Origin: a virus
Taxonomy: Duplodnaviria > Caudoviricetes
Direction: 5' to 3' (one strand)
Length of the DNA: 42,708 nucleotides
Virus record (IMG/VR): IMGVR_UViG_3300042195_000141
Coordinates: 1-42,708 of that record
Shown: piece by piece, positions 16,073 to 25,296 of the stretch
Layout: each line of letters opens with the position of its first letter
Numbering within the stretch: position 1 is the first letter of the stretch
Position numbers and translations under genes: made by a program
The notes under the pieces: generated by a model
What the model saw: only the letters and a program-made list of their open reading frames with translations
What the model was told of the DNA's origin: nothing
Databases searched by the model: none

Positions 16073-16339
16073 TTATTGGTTGCTGTCACTGCTACTGCTG
16101 CTACTGCTGCTACTGCTGAGTTCCTCGCACCGCACTATCACCCGGGTATCGGAGAAGCCCCGCTCCCAGCGGCCCATGGGTAGACCGCCGGCCTCCCGGC
16201 ACATACGATTCGCCTCTTCCGAGAGCCGGGACGCGATTTCGCACTCTAGCCTGCCCTCGGGCCCGCTCGGACCGTCACAGCCGACGAAAGCAAGCGTGAA
16301 CAGGACGACCAGGAGTAGGAAGAGGATGGCGTTCGCCAC
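16073..16339 (-). CDS. putative lipoprotein with poly-Ser tail
   Basis: Signal peptide ending FVGC (lipobox); AGC/AGT repeat tract encodes poly-Ser. Confidence 0.6.
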   Translation of the reverse strand: MANAILFLLLVVLFTLAFVGCDGPSGPEGRLECEIASRLSEEANRMCREAGGLPMGRWERGFSDTRVIVRCEELSSSSSSSSSSDSNQ

Positions 16340-16386
16340 CCGGGCCAGGGGCTCCCGGGGGTATCAGAAGGCGCGGCACGGGTGAA

Positions 16387-16668
16387 TCACCACCGCGGCG
16401 CATGCTGCCAGCAGCGATCGCCGGCGCCCTTGACCCGCCGCCCGCACGGCGAGCCGTCGCCCTTCGGCGCGCCGCACTTCGGCGGCGCCTCCGCCGGCGG
16501 GCGAAGCCGCCGGAGCTCCCGATCGCGGATCTCGTCCGCGTACCGCGTCGCGACCAGCTGCAGGAACGCTGGCCGGCTGATACCGGTCTCACGGGCCACG
16601 CGCCTAAGCTTTTCGGCAGCGCCCCGCGGGGCGCGGATGACGACTGTCGCCTTTGGGTCAGATGACAT
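16387..16668 (-). CDS. RHH-like DNA-binding protein with C-terminal C3H zinc finger
   Basis: TVVIRAP...EKLRRVARETGISRPAFL; CGAPKGDGSPC...RCWQH. Confidence 0.6.
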   Translation of the reverse strand: MSSDPKATVVIRAPRGAAEKLRRVARETGISRPAFLQLVATRYADEIRDRELRRLRPPAEAPPKCGAPKGDGSPCGRRVKGAGDRCWQHAPRW

Positions 16669-16978
16669 CGTTCGCTCCCTTCTCCAGGAGCCGCGAGCCC
16701 GCGGCCTGGACCTCATCCGTCATGGCGTCCCAGGCCCAGCGCCGCAGGTCCTCCTCCGTAGCGGACCCGTCATCGTACTCACGCAGCTCCGCGACGTAGT
16801 CCTCGAGTGAGAGGGACTCGACGACCGTACCCTTATCGTCCAAGATCGCGATCTTCACCACGGTTCCTCCTCGATGCCGTTGATAGGATAGAATGATCGG
16901 GGTGCCCAGGTCGCGCGCGGCGGCGAGTAGCTTCCTTCCGGATGCGACCCCGTGGCGGTACGCCTCGGCGGTGGTCAT
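16658..16978 (-). CDS. hypothetical protein
   Basis: AAGGAGGTGA RBS, ATG. Confidence 0.7.
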   Translation of the reverse strand: MTTAEAYRHGVASGRKLLAAARDLGTPIILSYQRHRGGTVVKIAILDDKGTVVESLSLEDYVAELREYDDGSATEEDLRRWAWDAMTDEVQAAGSRLLEKGANDVI

Positions 16979-17080
16979 GCCCTCACCTCCTTCGGTTCGT
17001 AGCCATCCAGAGCCTGCAGCGGTGCCGGTGTTTGCGGCGGTCCGCGGCGTAGGCTATCTCCCAGACAGGGGCTGGCATCT

Positions 17081-17290
17081 TCACGCGGCACGCTCCTTTC
17101 CGAGCGGGGTCTCCCGCTCCTCGCCCAGCGGGATGAGGTCGGCGAGTACCGTCGCCGGCTTGACGCACTCTCGCGAGTAGGCTTCGTGGACCTCGGGGCG
17201 GAGCCCCTCGACGCGCCACACCGTACCGTCGGCTCGCCGGACGCGCGCCACCCAGAAGTGCTTACGGCGGTTCCGCTCGGCGACGCTCAT
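17081..17290 (-). CDS. hypothetical protein
   Basis: ATG start, codon usage, part of minus-strand gene run. Confidence 0.5.
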   Translation of the reverse strand: MSVAERNRRKHFWVARVRRADGTVWRVEGLRPEVHEAYSRECVKPATVLADLIPLGEERETPLGKERAA

Positions 17291-17439
17291 GGCGGGTGGT
17301 CTCGATTTCGTCTTGCAACATGGGTCTCTGTCCTCTCTGCCCGCCGCCCAGGGCGGGCGCTATTAGTGGGCGGTAGTGCCCTCCGCGTGCCGCTCGGAGG
17401 TGAGGCCGAGCGGGCGGCGCAAGGCGCTAGTACCAATAG

Positions 17440-17652
17440 CTACCTTGCACGGTCGCACGGGTCCTCCCCCGTGCGGTAGTAGTGGAGCACCTCTTCCACC
17501 TCCTCGGGCGGCACGTCAGCGGCCGGCGGGTACTCCTTGACGAAGGAGTCCCAATCTTCCGCGTGCCGCCGGAACACGCAGATATAATTCCCGTCCGGGG
17601 TCGGGAGGCCCGGGCCCTCCAAGGCTGCCCACCAACAGATGTGTATCGTCAT
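17440..17652 (-). CDS. hypothetical protein
   Basis: AGAAGGAG RBS before ATG. Confidence 0.65.
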   Translation of the reverse strand: MTIHICWWAALEGPGLPTPDGNYICVFRRHAEDWDSFVKEYPPAADVPPEEVEEVLHYYRTGEDPCDRAR

Positions 17653-17757
17653 GGCTCTCTCTCCTTCTGGCGCCGACCAGCGGCGCCGGTGTGCCTTCCG
17701 GGTAGATCCCGGGGGCCAATGGGGCCGCGCCCGGCCGCTGGCACCGGGCGCGGAAGG

Positions 17758-18180
17758 TCAGCACTGCCAGCCTGGGATGCAGGGGGGCAGCGGTTCGGGG
17801 TCGCACCGCCGGCCGCTGCAAGCGGGATCCGCCCGCAGGCCGCCGCCGGCCTGGTCGATGGTGCCGGTCGCCGGGGCCGCCAGCACCAGAGCGATGAAGG
17901 CGACCGCGGCGCCGCGCCCGGCGCGGTAAGCGGCGAGCGCGACAGCGGCAGGGCGGCGAGCGTCGGGGTCGGTCCCGCGGAGCCCGGCGCGGTAGGCCGC
18001 CCGCTCCGCCTCGAGTTGCGCCGCCTCGAGGCGGCGCTTCGCCATCGCGACTGCGCCGGGGTCGGCGTCGCGGGCGTGGGCGTCGAGCGCCGAGCGCAGA
18101 TCCTGCTCGGCGGCCCGGCGGCGGGCCGCGGCGGCCTGGAAAGTGCGGAAGGGCTTGGGGTCGTACATGCTCATGCTCAT
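17758..18180 (-). CDS. hypothetical protein with hydrophobic segment and Cys-rich tail
   Basis: GAGGAG RBS; AAVAFIALVLAAP. Confidence 0.55.
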   Translation of the reverse strand: MSMSMYDPKPFRTFQAAAARRRAAEQDLRSALDAHARDADPGAVAMAKRRLEAAQLEAERAAYRAGLRGTDPDARRPAAVALAAYRAGRGAAVAFIALVLAAPATGTIDQAGGGLRADPACSGRRCDPEPLPPCIPGWQC

Positions 18181-18375
18181 GCTCCTCTCTGTCGGTCAGC
18201 CGGTCTATCCGGCCCCCGATCGAGCGCACCGGCTGCCCGATGCGCTCTCGGGGGGCCGGGCTAGATCCGTGTCACCCTGGCGTAGCTATCATGGCACCCC
18301 GAGCGCGGCAGCTCGATATCCCGGAGGACCTCGAGCCGCTGCGGCACCGTCAGCTGCGCGAGCTCCGACCGGAGG

Positions 18376-18891
18376 CTACTCATCGCCCAGCCCCAGCAGC
18401 AGCTCGTCGGCCGCGCCGGCGAGCAACTCCCAGTACTCGGCGGCCTCCATGCGCTCGGGAGAGTTGCCCCGGGCCGCCACCTCAGCCTCGACCAGGGCGA
18501 AGCGCTCCAGCGCGCGGTCCCGCACGGTGCGCAGCTCGGACGGGGACATCTTCTCGAGGTCGCGCTGCCGGTACGCGCCGACCTCGGTACGGACCGCCGC
18601 TATTCGGCGGTCTTCGGCGAGCCGGCCCACGGCGGTCCAGAGGTCGTCCGCGTCGACGCCGGCGGCGGCCGCGTAGTCGGCCGCGTGCTCCTCCCCGACG
18701 TCCCCGCCGACCAGGGCTACCAGCTCACGGGCGAGGGCCTCGGTCGCGAGCAGCCGGCGCGTCAGCTCCAGGTCGAGATCGCCCTCGGTCGCCCCGGCCA
18801 GGGTCGGCCCGGGCTCACCGGCGCGGCGCTCGCGCAGTGCCTGGCGGATCTCGGAGTCGGTCGCGGTTCCCGGGTCTAGCTTTGCGTTCAT
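18376..18891 (-). CDS. hypothetical early protein (MNAKLDPG leader, copy B)
   Basis: Follows promoter cassette copy 3. Confidence 0.75.
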   Translation of the reverse strand: MNAKLDPGTATDSEIRQALRERRAGEPGPTLAGATEGDLDLELTRRLLATEALARELVALVGGDVGEEHAADYAAAAGVDADDLWTAVGRLAEDRRIAAVRTEVGAYRQRDLEKMSPSELRTVRDRALERFALVEAEVAARGNSPERMEAAEYWELLAGAADELLLGLGDE

Positions 18892-18982
18892 CTTGTTTCC
18901 CCTTTCCGTTGAACCAACTATAGCGCCCCGGCGCGGAAAAGTAAACCCCCGACGTGAAGATTGGCGAAGAAAGTCCGTAAGT
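18829..18982 (-). repeat. promoter/RBS/leader cassette copy 3
   Basis: Direct repeat of 15571-15725; inverted repeat of 6551-6639. Confidence 0.95.
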
Positions 18983-19511
18983 AGACTTGGTTGCCTATAC
19001 TTACGCTCGGGCGGCTCACCGCCGGCAACACACCCCGCTCGGGGATCGGGAGCCGGGGGCGACGTACTTGACCGAAGCAAGCAAGGAGGGTCGAGGATGG
19101 GTACGCCTCACGGAGATCGAGGGCGCTGGCCTCCGCGTAGTGGACGCCCGGTTCGCGGGCGGGCGTGGTCGTGAAGGCGAGACGGGCGTGCTCGAGGTCG
19201 TGACGATTACCGGATCCGGCCAGGCGGATATCCACCAGTGGTCAGGTCTGGAGTGGTCTCGGGGCGCGAGCCGGTTCAGTCGGTACCGCGTCGAGGAGGA
19301 CGTCCAGGCGCCCGAGCTCAACTTCCGTCGAACTGGATACCGGCGTCGCGGTCTCGATCCGCGTCGACGGTAGTACGGTCCTTCACCGCCCCGGCTCTAC
19401 GCGGCCCCAGTCACTGCGGGACGACGCGGTAGCGGGTGGCCGGCTATTCGCGGACGCGGGCCTGCTGATGGTAGGGTTAGGCGACGGTCTCTACGCGGCG
19501 TGGATGAAGCA

Positions 19512-19712
19512 CTAGGCGTCTACGTCGCGCATCCCCTGCGCCCTGATCCGCCGCAGTTCCGCCGGCTCGATGAACCAAAGGGCCCCGAGCCTGTAGCAGG
19601 CGATCTCCCCTCGCCTGCAGAGCCTTCGCACAGTCTTCGGGCTGATCCCTAGCTCGCCCGCCACCTCGCTCGGCGAGAGCGGCCGTTCACGCCCTGCTGC
19701 TGGACTACTCAT
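19512..19712 (-). CDS. MerR-type/excisionase-like HTH DNA-binding protein
   Basis: LSPSEVAGELGISPKTVRRLCRRGEIACYRLGALWFIEPAEL (HTH_17-like). Confidence 0.85.
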   Translation of the reverse strand: MSSPAAGRERPLSPSEVAGELGISPKTVRRLCRRGEIACYRLGALWFIEPAELRRIRAQGMRDVDA

Positions 19713-19723
19713 CCCGGGGAGTA

Positions 19724-19753
19724 AGTATAGCGCGAGGCGTCGCCCTTCGTAAA
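19724..19753 (-). promoter_or_regulatory. putative sigma70 promoter for the HTH gene (near-leaderless)
   Basis: Minus strand TTTACG, 18 nt, TATACT, ending 12 nt before the ATG. Confidence 0.5.
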
Positions 19754-19934
19754 CCTTCGCGGCCCCGGGGCGCCGCGCCCGGCCGCTTACGGCCGTCAGG
19801 CCCACGGGTCTCGCGGTATAAGCGCGCTTGGAGAGCGCCCGTCCGCGCCAAAGAGCGCCCGTGTAGCAAAGAGCGCCAGGACCCGGCCCCCCAGCCGGTG
19901 AGCGCCACGAACAGGGGAAGGGGAACTTCCCGGC

Positions 19935-22490
19935 GTGGCGCGCGACGAGCAGAGCGAACAGCAAGCAAACGGCAACGGCGATCCCTTCGTCGGGAAGCGC
20001 GTGCCGATCGCCGCGCTTCGGTCCCCGAAGGTCCGCGCTGAGGTCACTGCTGTCCGCGACCTCGCCTCCTCGATCCTCAGTAGCCAGGGCCTGCTGGAGC
20101 GCTCCCAGTTCGGCCAGGACGCCCACCGCGCCGGCTACTCCTACTTCGACCGGGCGACCGGGAGGCACCTCCGCGATCCCTTCAAGGAGTTGGGCTACCC
20201 GTCCAGTTCCCTCTCGGTAGCCGACCATCGCGCGCGCTACAAGTTCGGCGGCATCGCCCGCCGGCTGGTCAACGCGCTGCCTAAGGCCGCCTGGGGCCGC
20301 CGGCTCTTCGTCCAGGACGACCCGGACCCGAAGAATACCACGCCGTTCGAGCAGGCGGTTGCCGCGCTGTTCAAGCGGCTCGACGTCCTCGCAAAGCTGC
20401 GCCGGGCACACATCCTCGCCTCGCTCGGGCAGTACTCCGCGCTACTGATCGGCGCCGAGGGAGATCTCGACAAACCCCTGGAGTCGGTCACCGCTGAAGG
20501 GATCCTATACCTCACCCCGTTCGCCGAGGACCGCGCCGAGATCACGAAGATCGTCGAGGAATGGCGAGACCCGCGGTTCGGCCTCCCGGAAGAGTATGAG
20601 CTGGACTTCGGCGCGCCGGCGATGGCGCGCAAGGGCGGTGGCCGGCGCGCCTCGCGCGGCAAGCGGCTGGTCGGCAAGGCGCACTGGTCTCGCGTGGTCC
20701 ACGTCGTACTTGACCCACTCGAGGACGATGTCTTCGGAGACCCTGTGCTCCAGGCGGTCTGGTGCTACCTGGACGACCTGATCAAGCTCGTCGGCGGCGG
20801 AGCCGAGGCCGCGTGGAAGCGGATGGACCCGGGCACTATCCTCAAGCTTCCTTTCCTACCCGACTCCGAGTTCGAGGCGGGACAGCAGGTCGAGTTCGAC
20901 GAGGAGGAGGAAGAGGCCGTCCTGGCCCAGTTCAAGTTACTGCGGCACGGCTTGGAGCGCGTGATCGCCCTGCGCGGGGTCGAGGCTCAGACCCTGGACG
21001 TCTCGCAGGTTGTCTTCGCCGCGTCCGCGGACAAGGTGCTCGACCTGATCGCCGGCACCGCCGGGATGCCCAAGCGCATCCTGCTCGGATCCGAGCGCGG
21101 CGAGCAGGCTAGCACGCAGGACCGCTCCAACTGGGCGGACCGCGTCCAGGAGTACTGCGAGGGGCCGTGCGAGACCACGCTACGAGCGGTCGTGGACCGA
21201 TGGATCGAACTCGGCGCCGTTCCGGAGCCCGCCGACGGGGAGTACGAGGCGATCTGGGCGGAGATCGACGAGCTGAACTCCGAGGAGCAGGCCGAGATGG
21301 CCGGCAAGATCGCGACGGCGAACAAGTCCCAGCAGGAGAGCGAGGGCCGGATCATCTTCACGGCGGATGAGATCCGCGACCGCATCTTCGGCCTGGAGCC
21401 GCTCGCGGAGGTCACCGAGGAGGGCGGCGAAGAGGGAGTCGACGAAGACTTCGCCGAGGAGGAAGAAGCGGAGCTACGCGCGGCGGCGGACCTCGCGAAC
21501 CGTGAGGCGCCGGAGCCCGAGTGGCGCGCCGTGCACCGTGCGGCGGACTCTCGGCGCCTGAAGCTCGTCGCGGTGTTCCTAGCCCTGTGGGCCGCGGCGG
21601 CCAGCCAGCACCTCGAGGCGGAGACGCTCGAGCGGTTCCTTGAGAACGACTCGCGAGTCGGCGCCGGCCGCGTTGTGGAGGCAACTCTCAAGCGCGCGGA
21701 GGCAGAGTTCGAGGAGATGCTCGCCGACGAGCTGTCCGCGACGCTGACCGCCGGCGCCGAGGCGGCTCTCCGCTCCGCCCGCGGTCGCGGCTCCTGGTTT
21801 CGGGCCGCGGCGGAGGAAGACTTCCGCGCCGCGCAGTTCGAGGGCGTCTTCGACGCCACCAACCCCCGCGCCCTCCAGTGGGCGGCGGATCGGTCCTCGG
21901 CGCTGGTCAAGGAGATCGGGCCGGAGACCCGGCTTGCGCTCCAGGACCTGATCGCCGCCGGGTTCCGCGACGGGCTTCCGCCGCGGGTGCTGGCCCAGAG
22001 AATCCGCGAGTCCGTCGGCCTCCTGAGCCGGCAGGTCGGGGCGGTCGAGAGGCTCCGCGCGCAGCTCTACGGCGCCAAGCCCGGAGACCTGATCACGCGG
22101 TTCCCGCCGCGGCCGGGCGTGCGGAAGCTTGCGGGGTTCCGGGTGCGGGTCCCGGCCGGCGGACTCACCAACGCGCAGGTCAACAAGCTCGCGGCAAAGT
22201 ACTCGCGCATGCACCTGAACCTCAGGGCACGGACGATAGCGCGTACCGAGTGTCTCCGGGCCGCGAACGAGGGCCAGCGCGAGCTGTGGCGACAGGCCCG
22301 TGACGAGGGCCACCTCCCACGCAACCAGCACCGTGTATGGATCGCGACCCCGGATGACCGCGTGCGCCCGGAGCACGCAGACCGCGACGGGTACGTGGTC
22401 GGCCTGGAGGAGGAGTGGCCGTGGGGGACGGAGCCCGGGGCGGAGCCGAACTGCCGGTGCGCGCAAGGGCTGACGGATCAAGCGCCATGA
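19935..22490 (+). CDS. portal protein (DUF1073-like) fused to MuF/gp7 minor head domain
   Basis: GIARRLVNALP, G.PE.Y, HWSRV, AGMPKRILLGSERGEQASTQD portal motifs; C-terminal RARTIARTE...WIATPDDRVRPEH...PNCRC MuF motif in the same ORF. Confidence 0.88.
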   Translation: MARDEQSEQQANGNGDPFVGKRVPIAALRSPKVRAEVTAVRDLASSILSSQGLLERSQFGQDAHRAGYSYFDRATGRHLRDPFKELGYPSSSLSVADHRARYKFGGIARRLVNALPKAAWGRRLFVQDDPDPKNTTPFEQAVAALFKRLDVLAKLRRAHILASLGQYSALLIGAEGDLDKPLESVTAEGILYLTPFAEDRAEITKIVEEWRDPRFGLPEEYELDFGAPAMARKGGGRRASRGKRLVGKAHWSRVVHVVLDPLEDDVFGDPVLQAVWCYLDDLIKLVGGGAEAAWKRMDPGTILKLPFLPDSEFEAGQQVEFDEEEEEAVLAQFKLLRHGLERVIALRGVEAQTLDVSQVVFAASADKVLDLIAGTAGMPKRILLGSERGEQASTQDRSNWADRVQEYCEGPCETTLRAVVDRWIELGAVPEPADGEYEAIWAEIDELNSEEQAEMAGKIATANKSQQESEGRIIFTADEIRDRIFGLEPLAEVTEEGGEEGVDEDFAEEEEAELRAAADLANREAPEPEWRAVHRAADSRRLKLVAVFLALWAAAASQHLEAETLERFLENDSRVGAGRVVEATLKRAEAEFEEMLADELSATLTAGAEAALRSARGRGSWFRAAAEEDFRAAQFEGVFDATNPRALQWAADRSSALVKEIGPETRLALQDLIAAGFRDGLPPRVLAQRIRESVGLLSRQVGAVERLRAQLYGAKPGDLITRFPPRPGVRKLAGFRVRVPAGGLTNAQVNKLAAKYSRMHLNLRARTIARTECLRAANEGQRELWRQARDEGHLPRNQHRVWIATPDDRVRPEHADRDGYVVGLEEEWPWGTEPGAEPNCRCAQGLTDQAP

Positions 22491-24835
22491 AGACCCAGTA
22501 CAAGGTCCTCCAGCTCCGCGGCGCCGTCCGCGCGACCGAGGTGCGGACCGCGCGCCACGAGGACCGCGAGTGGATCGTGGTGCCCTGCATCGCGCTGGTC
22601 GGCGATATCGTGGTTCGCCCAATGGGCTCGGAGGGTCCGGAGTTCGCCCCGGCCGCGGTTGTCGCGGAGGCGCCGGACCAGTGGAAGGGCCGCCCGGTAA
22701 TCCCAGACCATCCGACGGACTCGACCGGTCCGATCTCCGCAAACGAGCCGCGCATCCTAGAGAGCCAGGTCTATGGCAAGCTGTTCAACCCGAAGTACGA
22801 GGGGGGCCGCCTCAAGCTCGAGGCTTGGCTGGACCCGGACCGCGCCCGGAAGATCGGCGGCGACGCTCTCCGGGTGCTCAAGGTTGCCGAGCGAGCGCTC
22901 GAGGGCGAGGAGGTCGAACCGATCGAGGTGAGCGTCGGCGTCACGGTCCAGATCATCGAAGAGGGCGGCGTCGCCCCGAACGGCGACCGCTACGAATGGA
23001 AATGGCAGCACTACTGGAGCGACCACCTGGCCGTCGGGCTGAACGGCGCCGAGGGGGCCTGCTCCGTGAACGTAGGCGGCTGCGGCGCCTTCCGATCCGC
23101 GCGCGCCGCGGTGCCCGAGGGCCACCTGCCCGCGCTACGCAAGGCGGTCGAAGCCGCCCTGCGCGAGACGGTCGGCGAGTTCGTCCGGGTCGTCGAGCTG
23201 CGCCCCGAGAGCCTCGAGGTCGTCTACGAGACGGCCGGCGAGGTCCCCGGCACCTGGCTGCGCGGCTACACGTGGGACGAGGCGGCGCGCGCCGTCGATC
23301 TGGACAACTTCGCCTTGCCCGTTGAGCCCGAGAAAGATCCAAAGCGCGGCGCCAAGCAGCCCTCGCGGCGCACGGCGTTCCGCGGCGCAACCCCCCCGGA
23401 GGTGAACGTGAAGGACAAGAAGAAGGCGCCCGCTCCGGCATCCGAGGCCGGAGAGAAGCGCGGCGCCGTCAGCGACGAAAACCTGCGCAACTGGATCCAC
23501 GAGGCGCTGGTGGAGGTCGAGGGAGACGCCGAGTACGTCTGGGTCGAGGCGATCGACCAGGCCGAGGGCTCCGTCGTCTACACGGTGCGCTACGACAACG
23601 ACGCGAGCTGTGACTTATACCGCCGCACGTTCTCGCTCGACGGCGAAACCGTGACGATCGGGGATGAACGCGCCCGCGTGCGCCGGCGCGTGGAGTACGA
23701 GGAGGCTCCCGAGGAGCAGATGGAGGGCGCCCGCGGCGCCGCCGGCCTGATCAGGAAGCTCGCCGCAGTGCTCGGAATCCGCCAGGCCCAGGAAGACGAG
23801 GGCGTCAGCGACGTGGACCTCCGCGAGATGCTCTGGAAGGCCCTGCGCGCCTCCGTGCCGGGGTTCCACGACATCTACGAGGTCAAGCCCTCGACCGCGC
23901 TCATCGTCTATACCACCATCCCGGAGGACGACATCGTCTGGTGGCGGCAGACCTTCGCGCTCGACGAGGAAAGCGGGACCGTCGCCCTGAACGACGACGC
24001 GGAGCAGGTGGAGCCGGTTACGCAGTTCGAGCCGGTCGTGGCGAAGGTGACCGAGCCTACCCAGGCCGAGCTGGACTTCCAGGCCGCGGAGAAGCCGTGC
24101 GCCTGCAAGAGCGAGAAGACGGCGGCGAAGGCCGCCGCGGGATCACCGGGTGAGGGGCTAGCCGCCCGCACCCAGAACGCGGAAGGAGCAGAGGAGATGA
24201 GCGACAAGGCCAAGCAGAAGGCGCTCTCGGACCTCATCGGGCGGCTGATCGCGCTGGAGGCGTCGCCGTTCACCGAGGACGACCGGGAGCATCTGGAGGC
24301 ATTCGGGGGCGACCGCCTCCGAGCGATGGAGGAGACTTACGCCGACCCGCCGGGGGACGAGGATGGCGACGACGACGCGGCGGCGGACGAGCCGGACGCG
24401 GAGGCGCCGGCTGCGCCCGCGGAGGAGCCGGAGAGCGACGGAGCCGCGGCGCCCGCCGACGGCGGGGCGCCGCCGGCCGAGACCGTGACGCTCTCTAGGG
24501 AGGAGGTCGACGAGATGCGAGCGGCCTCGCGGGCGTGGAAGCGCCAGCAGGACGAGCGCAAGGAAGGGCTGGTCGCCGAGCTCAGGGGCGCCCAGGGCAC
24601 CTACGCGGAGAAGCGACTCCGGGCGATGTCGCTAGAGCAGCTCGAGGAGGTCGCGGAGCTGGTCGGCCTCAACGAGGAGGAGACGGTCGCCCCGGCGGCG
24701 GCACCGGCCGCGCGCCGGGACTATTCCGGTCGCGGATACCCGCGGTCCGCCGCGGCGGAAGCCGACGAGGACGGCCCGCCCCGCCCCTACACCCGCGCGC
24801 TCGAGGCGCGCCGTGAGCGCAAGGAGGCCAACTGA
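22487..24835 (+). CDS. prohead protease (DUF2213-like) / scaffold fusion
   Basis: WKGRPVIPDHP, IEVSVG, DHLAV...GACS; acidic low-complexity C-terminal scaffold; position between portal and capsid. Confidence 0.8.
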   Translation: MKTQYKVLQLRGAVRATEVRTARHEDREWIVVPCIALVGDIVVRPMGSEGPEFAPAAVVAEAPDQWKGRPVIPDHPTDSTGPISANEPRILESQVYGKLFNPKYEGGRLKLEAWLDPDRARKIGGDALRVLKVAERALEGEEVEPIEVSVGVTVQIIEEGGVAPNGDRYEWKWQHYWSDHLAVGLNGAEGACSVNVGGCGAFRSARAAVPEGHLPALRKAVEAALRETVGEFVRVVELRPESLEVVYETAGEVPGTWLRGYTWDEAARAVDLDNFALPVEPEKDPKRGAKQPSRRTAFRGATPPEVNVKDKKKAPAPASEAGEKRGAVSDENLRNWIHEALVEVEGDAEYVWVEAIDQAEGSVVYTVRYDNDASCDLYRRTFSLDGETVTIGDERARVRRRVEYEEAPEEQMEGARGAAGLIRKLAAVLGIRQAQEDEGVSDVDLREMLWKALRASVPGFHDIYEVKPSTALIVYTTIPEDDIVWWRQTFALDEESGTVALNDDAEQVEPVTQFEPVVAKVTEPTQAELDFQAAEKPCACKSEKTAAKAAAGSPGEGLAARTQNAEGAEEMSDKAKQKALSDLIGRLIALEASPFTEDDREHLEAFGGDRLRAMEETYADPPGDEDGDDDAAADEPDAEAPAAPAEEPESDGAAAPADGGAPPAETVTLSREEVDEMRAASRAWKRQQDERKEGLVAELRGAQGTYAEKRLRAMSLEQLEEVAELVGLNEEETVAPAAAPAARRDYSGRGYPRSAAAEADEDGPPRPYTRALEARRERKEAN

Positions 24836-25272
24836 TGGCGATCACTCCGGGAGTCCCGAACACCGTCCATTTGGGCGGCCCCAAGACCGAGATCATGGAC
24901 CTGGTGGCGATCGAGACGATCACGCCGGGCATGGTCCTGGAGTACCACAACGACTCCGGCGCCCTGAAGTGGGGCGTTCACGACTCCGCCGACACGGCGG
25001 TGGCCGCCTTTGTCGCGATCGAGCAGACGGAGCGCAACAAGGGCGTCGACGACACGTACGCCGCCGGCGACCTGATGAAGGTCTACCACCTCGCCCCGGG
25101 CGCGACGTTCTGGGCGATCATCCCCTCGGGGCAGAACCTGGCGCCGGGTGCGCTGCTCCAGTCCAACGGTGACGGCAAGCTCAAGGCCGTCGGGTCGGGC
25201 GTGGCGAAGTTCGTCGCCCTCGAGGCGAAGAACGTCACCGAGGACACCCGCATCCGCGTCGAGGTCCTCTAG
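24835..25272 (+). CDS. capsid decoration/cement protein
   Basis: ITPGMVLE...YAAGD...GDGKLK; immediately before the major capsid gene. Confidence 0.7.
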   Translation: MAITPGVPNTVHLGGPKTEIMDLVAIETITPGMVLEYHNDSGALKWGVHDSADTAVAAFVAIEQTERNKGVDDTYAAGDLMKVYHLAPGATFWAIIPSGQNLAPGALLQSNGDGKLKAVGSGVAKFVALEAKNVTEDTRIRVEVL

Positions 25273-25296
25273 GGACCTGAGGAGGAACAGAAGACC

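Noticed and set aside
16081-16120. CTA/CTG microsatellite as a phase-variation switch
   Set aside because: The unit is a multiple of three and encodes an in-frame C-terminal poly-Ser tail; length change would not switch expression.
15571-18982. Insertion sequence, att sites or diversity-generating retroelement explaining the repeats
   Set aside because: No transposase, integrase or reverse transcriptase in the window, no terminal inverted repeats with target duplication, and no adenine-specific variation between copies.
19935-21420. Anti-CBASS Acb1 label often attached to DUF1073 proteins
   Set aside because: Position and motifs fit a portal; no HxT/HxS 2H-phosphodiesterase domain is evident.
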